Assembly (NCBI RefSeq): GCF_964204645.1 | Contig: NC_134030.1 | Span: forward strand, 19,614,210-19,678,209 | Reading direction: 5' to 3' | DNA: 64,000 nucleotides | Origin: Tubulanus polymorphus | Taxonomy: Eukaryota > Animalia > Nemertea | Shown here: one piece after another, positions 25,819 through 39,794 of the stretch | Layout of the letters: each line of letters begins with the position of its first letter | Numbering within the stretch: the stretch's first letter is position 1 | The notes under the pieces: model-generated | The model's input: the letters and a program-made list of their open reading frames with translations, nothing else | Databases searched by the model: none | Told to the model about the DNA's origin: nothing | Translations under genes and position numbers: made by a program

Positions 25819-27747
25819 ATGAAGCTGATAATATCGACTCTGTTACTGGTCTGTTTAACAACGACAGGTAAATATATGTTAATATGAAAGTCAAACTAGG
25901 CATATACAAAATAGTTACAAATTAAACCAAAAAAGATTTGGAATGAACTTATGGTCGGGAATGCGTACTTGTATGATATAGCGAACACGTGTTGATAAAA
26001 AAGTCACAATTAATGATTGAATTTTAACAAAAGAAAGGACTGATTTGATCAAATAATGCCTAATCAGTGGTCAGGCCTATACTTAAAAAACCAGCTATGT
26101 ACAATGCTTGAAACCCCACGTATAAAATCCCATGTGAGTCACATTGTTAATCTCCGTTGGCATATGTACATAGTGTCCGGGTGTGTTTGTGATGAGGGTT
26201 GGGCGCAAGCTGGAGACACAAAATGCTTCAAGTTTTTTGAGGAATCTCTCCCGCAAGACCAACATTGCGGTTCTTCAGAACTGGCCAGGATCGATAGCAT
26301 GGAGGAAAATAACGTTGCTCGAAGTAAGTATATGTTTGGGAATCCGGAGTTTTATGGAATAAAGCGTGATATAAGCGTACCTGAAACAGTACTGTCATTA
26401 TTTCAGATCAGATACCTACTGGCGTGACAACGGCTTGGCTCGGTTTTCGGAGACCATTCAACTTCACTACGGTACATTCTCAATATGAGTAGCTGTAACG
26501 ATTAACAGTGAAATTGCATACGTACACTCACCGGGGATCGAACCCGGGCCTCGTACGCAGCATGCATACTTTCACCTTAGACCAATAGCAGAACTTTTCA
26601 ATGCAAATGATTAAACCATTTTAAGCGTATAGTTTTATGGTTATCCACGCGAGTCCTTCGACTGTAAAAACTATAAAAATAAGTTTATGATCATCGGTAA
26701 ATGAACCGCCTGGCGAAAGTTTCGCTATCTTTCAGAAAAGACAAACAGAACTACGTTGTTTGGCATGCGCACGTGAGATATGATAATGGGTGATGAATAG
26801 TTTTTTTTTATAAAACCGCGTTCAGCCTGTATCACTATATAGTTAGACCGTTCAAAAATCAGAGTGCTAAAAAATCAGTGCTACGGACTGGCAAGATGTA
26901 ACCATGATTATTTCGCCCCGATATTTATAGATCATAGCTTTTTGGGTCCCCCCTGGTTGTTATTCGTTTTAAGAAATTCTGCTATCCGTCTTGACTCATC
27001 AATCTGTGGTACATTTTATGACATGTTCAGAGCAATCAAATATGGCACATACGATTAACGATCAATGAGATTCCGTCAGCCTATACATATTGTTAGGCAA
27101 ATATAAATATGAAGTCTGAAAACTATACTAATCCGCTTGTCGATGAACATACGGACTTTATAAAAAAATAAATGTTACCAAATGAAAGCCCATACACGAA
27201 AACCTAAAATTAGTGTAATAGCGGGCTACTTAAGACCATGGTTTAGGAGTTACATACTTTTTAAAGGATTTCTATCTATGAAATCAAATTAGGTATCGGT
27301 TGCCTTGGTATCCGTTTCCATGGAACATGCAGCAGTTTCCACGGAAACGGATATCGATTCCCCGAAGCCAGGATGCAAAGCTTTCGAATGATACCAAATT
27401 TGTCCATATGGTATCTCTGTTGAACGGAACCTAATTTCTAGAGGACTTTTTTGTACTTTGGTGCCCCTCTTATTTTCTCATCTTTATCGTGGGATTCTCA
27501 TTACATTATCAAGTGTGAATATTATGACGAGCCCAGTTCATCGACACGCAGCGATAATTTGCCATTAGTTTTATTTATTTCGCTGTAGGGTTTTACACGG
27601 TGGAGAATAGGAGAACCGAATGGATTCGGTGGGAAATACGGCTATGAAAATTGCGTTGAAATGAAGAGAAGAAGAGGTGTGTGGAACGATGTTGTATGCA
27701 ACAAACAAATGCCGGCTATTTGTTCGAAGGACTGTCAGCAACAATGA
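25819..27747 (+). CDS. Secreted single-domain C-type lectin B (~140 aa, EPN/WND); coding exons 25819-25867, 26174-26323, 26407-26471, 27589-27747
   Basis: GT-AG junctions give MKLIISTLLLVCLTTTVSGCVCDEGWAQAGDTKCFKFF...TAWLGFRRPFNFTTGFTRWRIGEPNG...ENCVEMKRRRGVWNDVVCNKQMPAICSKDCQQQ. Confidence 0.87.
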
Positions 27748-28594
27748 ACGAGGACGACGTGAAATCCACTAACATTCTTTCCTTGATCAATTCTTCGCTA
27801 AATCGGGGGATACCGGCACCGCTACTGTACATTCATAAAGATCCGCTAGATGATTTGTTTGGAAATTTTCAGGTTTCAAGTCCCCACTTCAGGTAAACCA
27901 ATTCTCACTGCGGATAACCTATCTTTCACCATTAGGTGTGTACCGGTACCCCAACAGGGATCTGAATTAATTTCATCTGTGTTAATATAACCCAAGTCAG
28001 ATTTGAACGTTGAAAATACATCGTCTCTTAGCAAAACTCACCACCGCTCATCCATCGACCCGCATGACGCGTCGGTGCTCAACAGGGAACCAGAGACATG
28101 ATTAAGGAGAGGCATTGGGAAAGCCATACAGACGAGGTCCTTATTCTAATTGGGAGTCGACGCCAGCTCCCCCTTGCAGAACAATTAAACGATAACTATA
28201 CACATGCATGGGTTTGGATTGAAAGCGGTGTTGAGTTATTTTGGTTCAAAATTCGTGGATTTTCAACGGTCAAATCATATATTATTTTCACTGCAATACT
28301 GTCTCTCTCATATTCGCATTTTGTTCCGTATGAAAAATAAAAGTATTCTGTTTAACGGCATTACGGTCGTCTTAGTTTCATCGATGCTCCGCAGTTCCGT
28401 TTATGCCTCGTTCGCACGAATTGGAATCTTCTTTATCTCGTTTTTCCAACAAAACATCAGTAATTCAGTACGAGAACACCAGGTGGCACTGAAGCCAGCG
28501 TAGTATTCCATTTACGTGAAATATAGTGAGTTTCGTTTAACAACATACACCTTTTCTGCTTTAAAATGATAATCGATGTACAATCGTGTTTCTA

Positions 28595-28850
28595 AAGCCG
28601 GGCGTAGGTCGGCCTGGCGACGGCTTGCGACTCACTGCGACCGCCAGCGACGATCGCGTCGCAACGACCAACCGACCTACGCTACCTTGCGATTACCAGC
28701 GACGGGTTGCGACTGCCAGCGACGCCTGTCGCAATGAGTCGCACATGTTCTACTTTCTGCGACGCGACGCGACCGTCGCAACCGACCTACGCACTCTCGC
28801 GACTGTGGTCGCTCGCTGACAATCGCGTCGCAACCGACTTACGCCCCCAC
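28595..28850. mobile_element. GC-rich MITE-like element with internal GCGAC/GTCGC repeats
   Basis: Inverted termini GGGCGTAGGTCGG ... CCGACTTACGCCC and dense GCGAC motifs. Confidence 0.5.
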
Positions 28851-29743
28851 TTGTGACGCAACGCGACGGTCGACATCACGCTGGATTGATTTACGGTTTG
28901 TCAAAAAGAGTTTGGGTTGTGACTGACTGAATATGAGTTTGACTAGATGTAGAATTTTGCACACAGGAATAAAAAGTCATACGTAGAAGTATTTGTTCCT
29001 GAAACGTCTGTATTTAGAAATCTTTTCATTTAACTTTGATTGAAAATATCGACTACTTTTAGATATATGCCACATCGAACAACGCTCGAAGACTGTCTAA
29101 CAAACAAAATTTAATAATGTTAGGTTTTTGTTTATATGTTGGCGGTTGGTCAGGATTTTGGATGCTTTTTAAGTATTTGGTTAAAAGGGCCATCAACGAA
29201 TACAGAGTTTATAGAGTTACATGGCCCCCATCAACTGGAAAACTAAATGAAGTAAATAGGCATTCATCATTTTCCACTAAAGTCTATTTGAAAAAGTAAT
29301 ATGTGATGACGAAATTTTATCGAATATGAAATTGAAGATTTAGATATTTTCTGAAATCTGAAAGCGGTAAAAACTCTCGATTGTTTGAATTTTTCATTCA
29401 TGGTGCAGAATTTATGTTGATAGAAATTGCATTTAACTCAAAAATTCAACTGTTACTCATTTCTTTTCGCAACTATCCGTGATAGAAGATATTTAAATTG
29501 ATGCTTTTATGATATGGATATATAGCACTCCTAGTGTGTATTTAAAGTACTACGTGGTAATGAGTACTCAGAATAAATCAGATATCCATAAATATATGAG
29601 TTAAAATAATTGTTTAAGTGATGTGAAGCGAATTCAAGAGCGAAATCGCGGAAAGGAGTCTGGTGAAAACATATGTATTTCGACTGAAGAATATTTAAGC
29701 TATTTCGATAAGTGCCTAAAGGTAATATCGACTGACAAATGTT

Positions 29744-32700
29744 TTAGCGAGTTTTCGAAGTCCGTTTATTTCTAGCCCGAATCGATTTAACATCAATAGT
29801 GAGGATGGTGTAAAGAAGTGGATTCAGTGACGAGTTGATCGGTAGGAAAAGTACCGCCAACCAAGCCGCCACTTGGTTCGGTATTTCTACTCGCAATACA
29901 GCGCAAAACTGAACGATAATTATCGGTAACCAGCAAAATGAATTACACAGATTTATCACTAAACTCCTACGTGCCAGAATCAATTCGGTAGGATCAGCTC
30001 TACCCGAGCCGGACCTGCTTCCAGATACGAGTCTATACATCTGTGCATACGTCATCATTATTGTAGCAAGTACGACCGAGTTAAACACGGCAAAAATAGC
30101 GAATGAGTATTGCCAGGCGTGGACATCGATGGTCAGTAAATTCATAGGTAGACAAACACCAGTTGTGCCGTAAAAGTTATATCCGAAGTAAGAAGATGAC
30201 GATAGCGGTAGCATTGAAACGATGCTTAAAATGACCCAACAAATGCAGCAAATGCCGGATACAGATTTCGAAGATATGATTGGGCTTCCTGAAAATGGAT
30301 CGACGATATTTGAGTACCTTTGAAGGGTAAGAATGAGGAGAAAAGTCAAAGATCCCTCGCACGAAATCGTCAATGTAATCCCGGCGAGTCGACACGATAA
30401 ACTATCTGTCCAACTTTCCGAATTCAGGAAATATGAACCTTTATAGACGTAATCGGCTCCTGCGATCAGAAACAGATAAATCGACATCAGGAAATCACAG
30501 GTGGCAATATTAATGATGAGGATATCAGAGGATGTATTACGTGATTCGGAGGAAGCATTTCGAAACTTTTGTATGCGAAGTAAAATGACAATGATGTTCG
30601 CAAAAAAGCTGAATGAAGCGATCACCCAAATGATTGCTCTAAGAACAGTGTTACCCATCAGGTCGGAACAAGAAGAAAATTGGTCGGCTTCCGGGAGACA
30701 CTGGTCAACATTCGGAACCATGCAACAAAATTTGTACGCGTCAGAAGTCAAAGTACTTAATGCTAAAAGACTGTCGAAAATGTTTTTATCTACGGTTATG
30801 ACTTTTGAATTTTTGGTTAGATCAAGATTTCTAAGTTTTGATAACCCTTCAAACGCATTTGGTGAAATATATCTAATTCTGTTACTGCTGATATTCAACG
30901 ACTCTAAAGCGGATAAACCACTGAACACGTTTTCACCGAGTAACGACAAGGAAAGTCCGTGAAGATCGAGATCTCTAACTGACTTTAAGCCATCAAAACT
31001 GCCTTCTCCTAAATATCTCACTGGATTTCCAAAAATCAAAAGCTTTTTCAAACTATACAAACCGGCGAATGTATTAGCGGACAATGATATTATGCGGTTA
31101 TATGTAAGATCTAATGTATGTAGATTATGCAGGTTTGAGAACGAGTTTGGAACAATATAAGACAAATTGTTACGTGAAATATTAAGGAAATGTAGATAGA
31201 GGTAAGAAAAAAACGTAGATTCATTGAATACAACTCGGTTTCGTGATAAAATCAGAACTCGAGTTGATGCTGAGAAAATGCCAGTAATTTCTGCCAGATC
31301 TGCATGATCGCAATCGACTAAATAGCCTTGGCATTTACAATATTTTGGACACTTGACATTACAGTATGACTCGTCATCAGTGGTATGTTTACAATTGACA
31401 ACACCGTCACAAACTTCATATTGAGGTATACATCGGTTTTCCTGGCCACATTTGAACATGCCGGGACACGACAAAGTCTCGCAGTTTCGCTCGTCTTCTG
31501 AATTAGGACAATCGGATCGACCATCGCACACCTGTCCCATCGGTATACAGTAAGATGCTGGACATTTAACAGTACCAGCTGGACATTTGAAATCAGTACA
31601 ACCTTGTATATGCTCGAGCCTTCTACATACCGGGTAACCAATCGGCATCCTTTCTAAAATGCATCTGTGACGTCTAGAATAACAATGAGGAGATTCAAAA
31701 GAACATCTTTGTTCATCAGATTTCGTACATAAGTTTGTGAAATTAGTCGTGCAGTAGTTCTCCGTAGTGCACTGAATATTCGGGTTAACAGTTATATTTG
31801 TGACTATTTCATCTTCTTCGAGGTCCCCACCACAATCAACAACACCATCGCGATACAACAGAGAACTGATACATTCACCATTTACACACAGAAACCCGTT
31901 ACATTCATCTGAAGAGCAGCCGATCTCATCAGATTTATCTTTACAATCAACCAGTCCATCACATCGTTTATATCTACCTACACATTGTCTATTGTTGCAC
32001 TTAAACTGTTCAGAGGAACATGAAGTATGATAGCACGAGTTCTCATCTGATCCGTCAGCGCAATCTCGTACAAAATCGCACAAATTACTAACAGATATAA
32101 CTTCTCCATCGGTACAGTGGAACTGACTCTGTAAGATTGATTTCGAACAATCGAGTTCATCATCACCGTGTTGACAGTCGTTTCTGGTATCACATACGCG
32201 ATGGTCGCCGATACATCTTTGATCGTTACATTCAAATTGCCACGATTTACAACCACTTATAGAAGCCAACTCTTCACCAGTTACATTATAGGAACATAGC
32301 ACGGAATGCGCTACATCTGTGATATTATCGAAGGCAGTCACTGACCATTTCACCGTTTTTATATATGTCATCTCATCTCTGGTCAAAACTGGATTCAGAG
32401 CAAGAAATTCACTATCCGTAGCCTTCACCAGTATAGCACCATATTGATGTTCATAATGAAATATTTGAATCAAATGTTGAATTTTACTATCATTGGATAC
32501 TATACCTATTTCTCCACCAATTGTATGACACATTCTCTCAGCTTCCCGAACTGCCAATCTTTGAGTATCCCAGGCTGTAAGTATCTGATAGCAATTTCTT
32601 TCTAAACCAATCCATCCTTTAGAACATGTTGAGTTTACTGCTTTAAATATCTGAGAACGATAAGTTCCGTTTTTGTTTGAAATACTCGACAATTCGTGAT

Positions 32701-35700
32701 TGTTGATAGTTATGTAGTTATTTGCGTCTTTCTCACAAACGAAAGTTGTTCGAGTCTCCTCTATTTGACACGGGAATCGAACCCAGTTCGCTGATCCTCG
32801 TGGATTATTCAGTATCATCGCCGTACACGGCATATTGACGTCATTTATCGGTTGTTTTCGTAGAGGAGATATCAAGCCTCGTATAACTTCTGGTATCGTT
32901 TCGTTTATCATAGCAGGTCTAAACCATTCTGTGTAGCTCAACGGTTTCCTATCAGTCCAAGTGTAGAAACCATCATTCTGTTGCAAAATAGAAATCAGTT
33001 TCATTCATCGAAATGGTTTTAACAGTGTTCACGACGATTAAATTATAGATATCTAACTTGTACTTGATTTCAGTTTATTCCACTTAGATTTTGACACAAT
33101 TTACGTTCAAGATACTATAGAAATCATTTTCAATAATTATGAGAGTTTTTTAGGTATAAGTAGAGAATGCACGAGTGTCTGAATCTGTATAAAATTTCAA
33201 AAACCATTTTCAACAAAGAGAAGTAAACATTTTTATAGTAGACTTTGAAATTACCTGCCATTTCAATCCAATCATCACAATCAGCGCCGCATGTGAATAC
33301 GCCTCCAGGAGAAGTTTAGTAGCGAACAGTTTTTTTACAGCGATAATTTCATCTTGTGAGTTGATACTGAGAAGATGTCCACCGTATTTCTGTTGACAGT
33401 ACATTTCAGCGTTCTCCCAGTTCAGACGTTTGTGCTTTATGTATCTTATACACGAAACACCTGAATCTAGAAAATCTGATCGGCAGTAACTTATTTCAGG
33501 TGTTTGTAAAGGCGATTGTTCTAAAGTGTATTGAATTTGAAATGTTGGGATATAGTTTGTTGCTTCGAAGTAAACGTCGTGCCCGAGTAGACTGTACAAT
33601 ACAAGTCCAGGTACAGCGTTATTTTCACATATTTTAGTCTCGAGACGATGCAGCCCAAAGCCGATTCCATGATTACCAGGTTTCAAGATAATCTGTACTA
33701 GTAATAGAAGATCTCTGATTGTAAAAATATCAGAAGGGCTACACGAGGCTTGTCCAATATATTTAAACAGGAATCTGATGTAATATGAATGTGTATTTGT
33801 GGGGTTACGAAATGAATAGAATCGCGATTTACTCCTTTTTGTAAAAAAAGACGGATAGTTCGGTGATTGTACGACTCCACATTCCTCTAATACCCACGGG
33901 ATGACGATGAATGAATTTGAACTGATCATCGGGGAATCTCGATCTGCCTTCAATCCCAAACATTTACGTCGTAGTACTATCATTATTGCACTACTCCAGA
34001 ACCCATAACCACTTCCTTTGAATATCAGATGATTCGATACGAGACTGTTGTTCAATAATCGATTTGTAAGAGTAACATAATAACATGTAGTTAAACCGCG
34101 GGCACATACGTCAATTTGATATTCATATTCTGATAAAATATAAATGTTTTCTAAAGGAAGGCGCCGGTTTTCGGGTGTAATCACGAGACAGTGTGACGTC
34201 ATATTGATCTGATTTTCTCCTTTCCGCAGAACATACCCGTCACAATCAGTAGGAATGAATCCGAGATGCCCAGAGTAAGGTACATCATTATAAGCGTATC
34301 CTACTACAGTAACCGGTCCTCCTGATGTAATCAGACTGACGACGTGACGACCGTACCACATACCACCAGGACAATACGGACCATAGCGTCTAGCTGTAAA
34401 ATTACCACCATCATATATATAAAATCCAGCTCTCTCGCACGTCTCTGATAAAACTGTTAGTTTCAATCCATCCTCATAGATATCAACTTTCTGTTTAGAT
34501 TCTAAGGTATTTATACGATACATAAATTTTTCCGTCTTCGACCTCGGGAACAGATCCCTGGCAGGCAATCCGTAAATGGAGCGATACATCTACAAAAATC
34601 AATAAATCACCATTAATAGAATTTCGTATCTATGTTATTCTGGATTAATCCATTTTAGAGGTATATTATGTTTTACAATTATCAAAGAATATAACCGACA
34701 TATACTACAAAGAATTCAGTTTTTCATTATGCATGAAATATCCAACGCCAAATAATTGTCGAAAGTAGATCTTAAAAAATCTGTCTGGGCCACGCAAAAA
34801 CTATAGCTCGTTCTTCATCAGTTTTGTTTTCCGCGCGCGTTCGTCAAAAATAGTTCGTCATTAAAAAATAGGAATAAAAATGCGCATCCCGCATGCCGAA
34901 ATCTGATTTCGTTTCTCGGATGAAAATAAACGCAAAAGCACGCATCCAGATAAATAATTTCATCACACTTTATACGTGTTCGTCTTGAGGTCACTACTCA
35001 ATTGTTACTATGGCAGGTGAGCATTTCGGTAAAGAAGTGCTTTGCAAGCTAATTCAAGGTCGTTGACGCCTACATTTTCCCGTTTTCAAAGTAGAAAATA
35101 GTCGTCCTCGTCACTTTTGCAATTCGGAATGAGGCTTTATATTCCGCTCTTTGTTTCTAAGGGAGGTGCAAATAAAAAGTCGACGGAATTTTTGATTATG
35201 TTTTCGGTCAAATTAAAATCAATATTTCTTATTTTTTAATACAATACAAACTTTCTCTCCGATTTTTGGTTTTTATTTCCGCGGTTCACGAATTTCACGA
35301 GGTTCACGAATTTACATTTAACAATTTAGTTATACAGCATTATCCGAGAAATAATTTTTACTCACCCTGTGTTTGTGGACTTGTACGTCTCCTATAGAGA
35401 TAGATTTTACTTCAAATTCAATTTTTACATTCGATTGTAAAACACCTGATCTTATTAGAACGCACAGTATGACGAGAATGTCGTCAGATTTAACACTCAA
35501 TGATTCCAGGTAGTTGTAACCGAGTAAAATATCAGTTCCTACAACGCGTAACCCTTCTAGTTTATATACACCAATGACGTCATCGGATGTGCTGAGATCA
35601 CGTGTCCAGTTGAAGATGACGTACTGTAACACCTGCACTGTGATAGACCAGCAGTGTAAGTGTTTTGATCGAGTTATTACGTGTAAACTGTTGTCATCAG

Positions 35701-36571
35701 GAATGAGCACTCCAGACTCGTTATTAGAGATTTGAATTAACGGATTAGAGACGTTCCAATCAGATATTCTATAGATCTGAATTGATAGTTGTGATATAAG
35801 TACGTTTCGCCCAAGTAGCAAACTGATCATAGCTTTGTTTGTCTTAGTATAAAAGGATGAAGGTGGATGCCCGGTTTGTTCTGGTATTACAGCAATAAGT
35901 TCACTGCTATTCCATCCGTCATGAATTTGAACAGTTGCCGCTGGATCAGTGCCGGGATATATTTCGAATTTTATCTGCGAAAACGTGAAATTCATAGCAA
36001 AACCATCCGGGATCCCGATCCATTCCAAATACAATTTACATTGCCATATCAACATAGCAAACTTGTATCCTATCGATGTTGGTAATTTGTTAATTTTTAA
36101 ATTGTATTTTGTGCAGTTGTGAATTAATTTCAAATTGTTTCGTTCTAAACGATATGTGATATAAACCCAACTTCCCCGCGCACCACCGAGGTCACTTCTA
36201 AACATCAACGAGATCGAATCGTTACGGCGGATTTCATGTTTTCCTTCGCCGCAGAATCTGTTATCGGACTCACCGACGAGAAGGTAGTTATCACTACAGA
36301 ATATCGACGGCTCGATGTCGTAGTATAGTTTGATGTTGAAAGTTCCCGGTAAAGAGCTGTTGACGAACCAACGACATTCAACACCGCGCGTTAACAACGG
36401 GTAATTCGGTGAAACGATGTAACCGGACGTAGAATCGACGGGGTACCAAGTGTTGTTACAAGACGAACTGACCGTCACAGAGTCAGACAGATCAGCGTGT
36501 GCGATGATAACTCGCCAGACGATCAGCGACGCTATAAACAGCGCTCTCAGTCGATCCATACCGAACAACAT
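29744..36571 (-). CDS. GRL101-like (type C LGR) GPCR, ~1924 aa: SP, CUB(n), CTLD x2, LDLa x~7, LRRNT, LRRs, hinge, 7TM; exons 35366-36571, 33255-34589, 29744-32977
   Basis: Phase-0 junctions AGG|GTGAGT...GTAG|ATG and CAG|GTAATT...CAACAG|AAT; the second rebuilds a CTLD (MIGLKWQ|NDGFYTWTD). LDLa motifs DC.DGSDE, LxxLxLxxN LRRs, hinge YKFCC...FSSCSDLM, and LQRY, CWLP, NPLLY. Confidence 0.9.
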
Positions 36572-38840
36572 CTACACGACAAAATTAACCGAATCTTTCT
36601 AATTAAAGTTCAGATTTATTCCCGTCGAATGACGACCGAACACAAAATGCAATTCGTCCAATCAGAAAATTCGCTGAGAATTTTTCTGAAATAGATATTC
36701 TTTGTTGCTGATGCAATGATTTTGACACAGATTCCAATTTCGCGTGCTGAGTATTTTTCACAGACGGATCGGTTTATCAATTAATAACACATATATATTT
36801 CTAGATTTCATGTTGCCTACTGGAAGGGAAGGATCTTCAATCAATTCATATGATTTAGAATATTTAGATTCGCGCACGAATTCAGCCTGAGAAGTATAAG
36901 AACTAATGCCGATGACGTGGTTGATCTAATTTGAATATCGATTTTCTCTAAGCAGTTCAGAAAATTTCCAAACCATAGTTAAACTTACGTTAGAATTATC
37001 ACAAAACGTCTCACTCTTTAAAGCCCTCGAAAAGTGTATCAATGACTTCATTTTTAAAGCTCACTCTGTAGATATCGAATTCGAATCCGCTCATCCATAT
37101 ATCAGATATAGACTATTCCAAACTCTGCATGCGATCTCTGTCTAATCAAGACGGCTAAGATCTTAGATGATGTTTGGAGAAAAACCATCAGTAAGGTTTA
37201 CAAGTTCTATTTCATGCAATGAAATTTAAATGTTGCGATATAACCTGTCTTTTATTCAGGCCGTGCCGAGGGGAGGGGTTTGGGAGTAACGAACGAACCC
37301 AGGCACTTCATACTTGAGATGTGTCTTTTTTCAATCTAAACGCGCCTTTTTTCTTGAAATAGAACTGCCCCTGCAAAAGCTCAGCAACGGGTTCTCATTC
37401 TAGTTAACATTTTATTTGATGGTGATTTATCCTTACCTTCATCCGTCTCATTTTGCACGGAGAGGATTTGAAATAGCATTGCCCCTTCTAAAACTTTCTT
37501 TTATTTCGTAATTTGTTACCTTCCGGATACCAGTGTTGAGTAAACTCACTGTCTTCGATGACAATTTTATGCAACATTCAATCACCAGAAAATATGTTTC
37601 TCACTCTTTTAACGAAACACTTTGAGGTTTGAAATATTCATCGATGTTGATATTTGATATATAGATTGAGTGATTATCGATTGCTAGATTTGTTGGAATC
37701 CATTTTATATATCTGTTCTGTTAAGAATATTCGTTGAAATTATATCATTCTCTCTTGTTGAAGTATTATTTTCTAAACTCATCTATTAAGCAAACCATTC
37801 ATGAAATAAAAAATTAATTCATGGAAATTAGCAAAGGCGGGGCCGTTTTTAGCGGGAGGATAGGGGAAAGGTGTCCAAACATTTTTGAAATTAAGAAAAT
37901 TCACTGAGATTTTTTTATAGATTGTACTCTGATCGGAAAAACATCAAAACACTGAATATGAAAGTATGAAAATGGCAAATCATCATTTGACAATACGACG
38001 CTTTGCAGTCGCAATTTTTTTCATTGAGCAACTTTTCTTTCGCATCCCTCTGGCTACGGGTCTGAAGACTCGTAAAATTCCGGTGTGACCTACACGTGAT
38101 TTACATACCTAGATTTAAGTTGACTGCATTAATTATCAGTCATTTATTTTATCGATGATGTTTTTTTTTCTATCGAATTTCCGACTAACAATTGTATTCG
38201 GCTGTATTTCAGTACCCCTAAATCTCCTCGCTTTAAAATATTTAGTTTGTGGCTGATTTTTATGTTGTATGTTAACCCTAGCTCGTACTTGTATTAACTA
38301 TTGTGCCTTAATATTCCCTAGTAAACTCTGCTTGGAATTTGCTAAGTTCATAACTGCTTTTATATTGTATATCAACCTTCGTTTATACCATCATGAAAAT
38401 GAAAATACCATGTAAATTACCTGATAATCAAAAAATTTATCATTAGTCTATTCTTAAAATCCAATTGATAATCAGTAGTAACGCAGTAATCTAATTTCGA
38501 ATGTGTATATAGTATAGATAGAAAATAAACTGTAGCATTTTATTATCATCATGTGTTCATTTTAAACTGTTGAGATAAATCATTGGTGGCATTTTTTCCT
38601 ACTGTTATTTTTTGTTATTTTCACTGGTGGCATTTTTACCTGTGGCATTTTTCCTACAACCGAACTTCATAATACTCCTAATAGTTTTTAATCAGTATAC
38701 CCGCACCACCAACCTTTGCCTTAATCTCTGATTCTAACTCGATACTAGGTTCATTTAGAATGATAAGTTGATGGATCGAAAATGAGAGTACATAACTTCA
38801 AATTCTAGCATAAAATAGAATAGTCATTAGAATTGAATAA

Positions 38841-39794
38841 TCATTTCACCTTTTTACTACAGCGTATTCTAATACAAAAATATTCACGAATTTCTCGTCC
38901 CAGTAAAAGATATATGTAGAAATTTACTACAAAGTTACAAATAAGGAATTGATTGAAAATACCGAGTATAACTTCTTTCCGTTCCGTCGGGATTGGTAGA
39001 AATACGATAATAGTTGTCGGGAGTGTAAAAGTTGCAAATGCTAGTGAAACTGTAACCAGCATTATTGTCGTACGTTTTGATTTCGTAGTTTTCTGATCGG
39101 ACGAAACAATTTTCGAACCTCTGAATAACTGAACTATTATAAAAGAGTTCGATAGAAGAATCAAAGTTAAAGGTAGAATGTTAACGTGGATGACGATTGT
39201 AGTGAAATATTTTACTTGGTCCAATAGTTCGTAGTAACATCCGGACAACTGGTCGGAAAAATATATCGATAGAGTAGGTAGAAGATTCAACATCAGTACA
39301 TTCACTGCAGTAATTGTCAGTATAACTAATATAGCGAATCTCGGTGTACATATCAAACGAGATGTGAACGGGAAGAGCACAACCGCCGCGCGTTCTAGTG
39401 ATATCGCTACTATCAACCACGAACTATTGCAGTTTACAAGTACAATTATAAATTCATAGATTTTACAACCGATTAGTGAATTAATCATTAATAAAGGTAT
39501 TTCTTTGACGTTAAAGAGAACAAACTGTAAAACAGGCATCAGTGTATACCCAACGCAGAACATAAAATCGCAGACTGATAAAACGATAAGATAATTGGCG
39601 TATGATAATTTGCGGAATCTGCTGCTCGTCATAATCAGGAAAGTAGCTGAATTTCCAAAGGCTCCAAACAGGAACAATATAGTCAGACCAGTCAATAACA
39701 AAATGAGGTGCGTGCCAGACGCGTTTGCCACGGACATGAGAACGATATATCCAACGTAAGTTCGACCAATTTGTTTCTGAGTCAAATTCATCAT
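38841..39794 (-). CDS. Orphan class A GPCR, GPCR1b (duplicate of 4563-5516)
   Basis: 317 aa; 5 amino-acid differences from GPCR1a. Confidence 0.9.
   Translation of the reverse strand: MMNLTQKQIGRTYVGYIVLMSVANASGTHLILLLTGLTILFLFGAFGNSATFLIMTSSRFRKLSYANYLIVLSVCDFMFCVGYTLMPVLQFVLFNVKEIPLLMINSLIGCKIYEFIIVLVNCNSSWLIVAISLERAAVVLFPFTSRLICTPRFAILVILTITAVNVLMLNLLPTLSIYFSDQLSGCYYELLDQVKYFTTIVIHVNILPLTLILLSNSFIIVQLFRGSKIVSSDQKTTKSKRTTIMLVTVSLAFATFTLPTTIIVFLPIPTERKEVILGIFNQFLICNFVVNFYIYLLLGREIREYFCIRIRCSKKVK

Noticed and set aside
23578-26590. Functional tRNA genes at ~23600, ~25080 and ~26540
   Set aside because: A/B boxes are present but the cloverleaf stems are broken; they are better explained as SINE heads.
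33210-35365. ORF tails VSKNYFSDNAV and VISKSTIKMFTSLC as true C-termini of separate proteins
   Set aside because: Both begin exactly at strong GT donors and are intron read-through.
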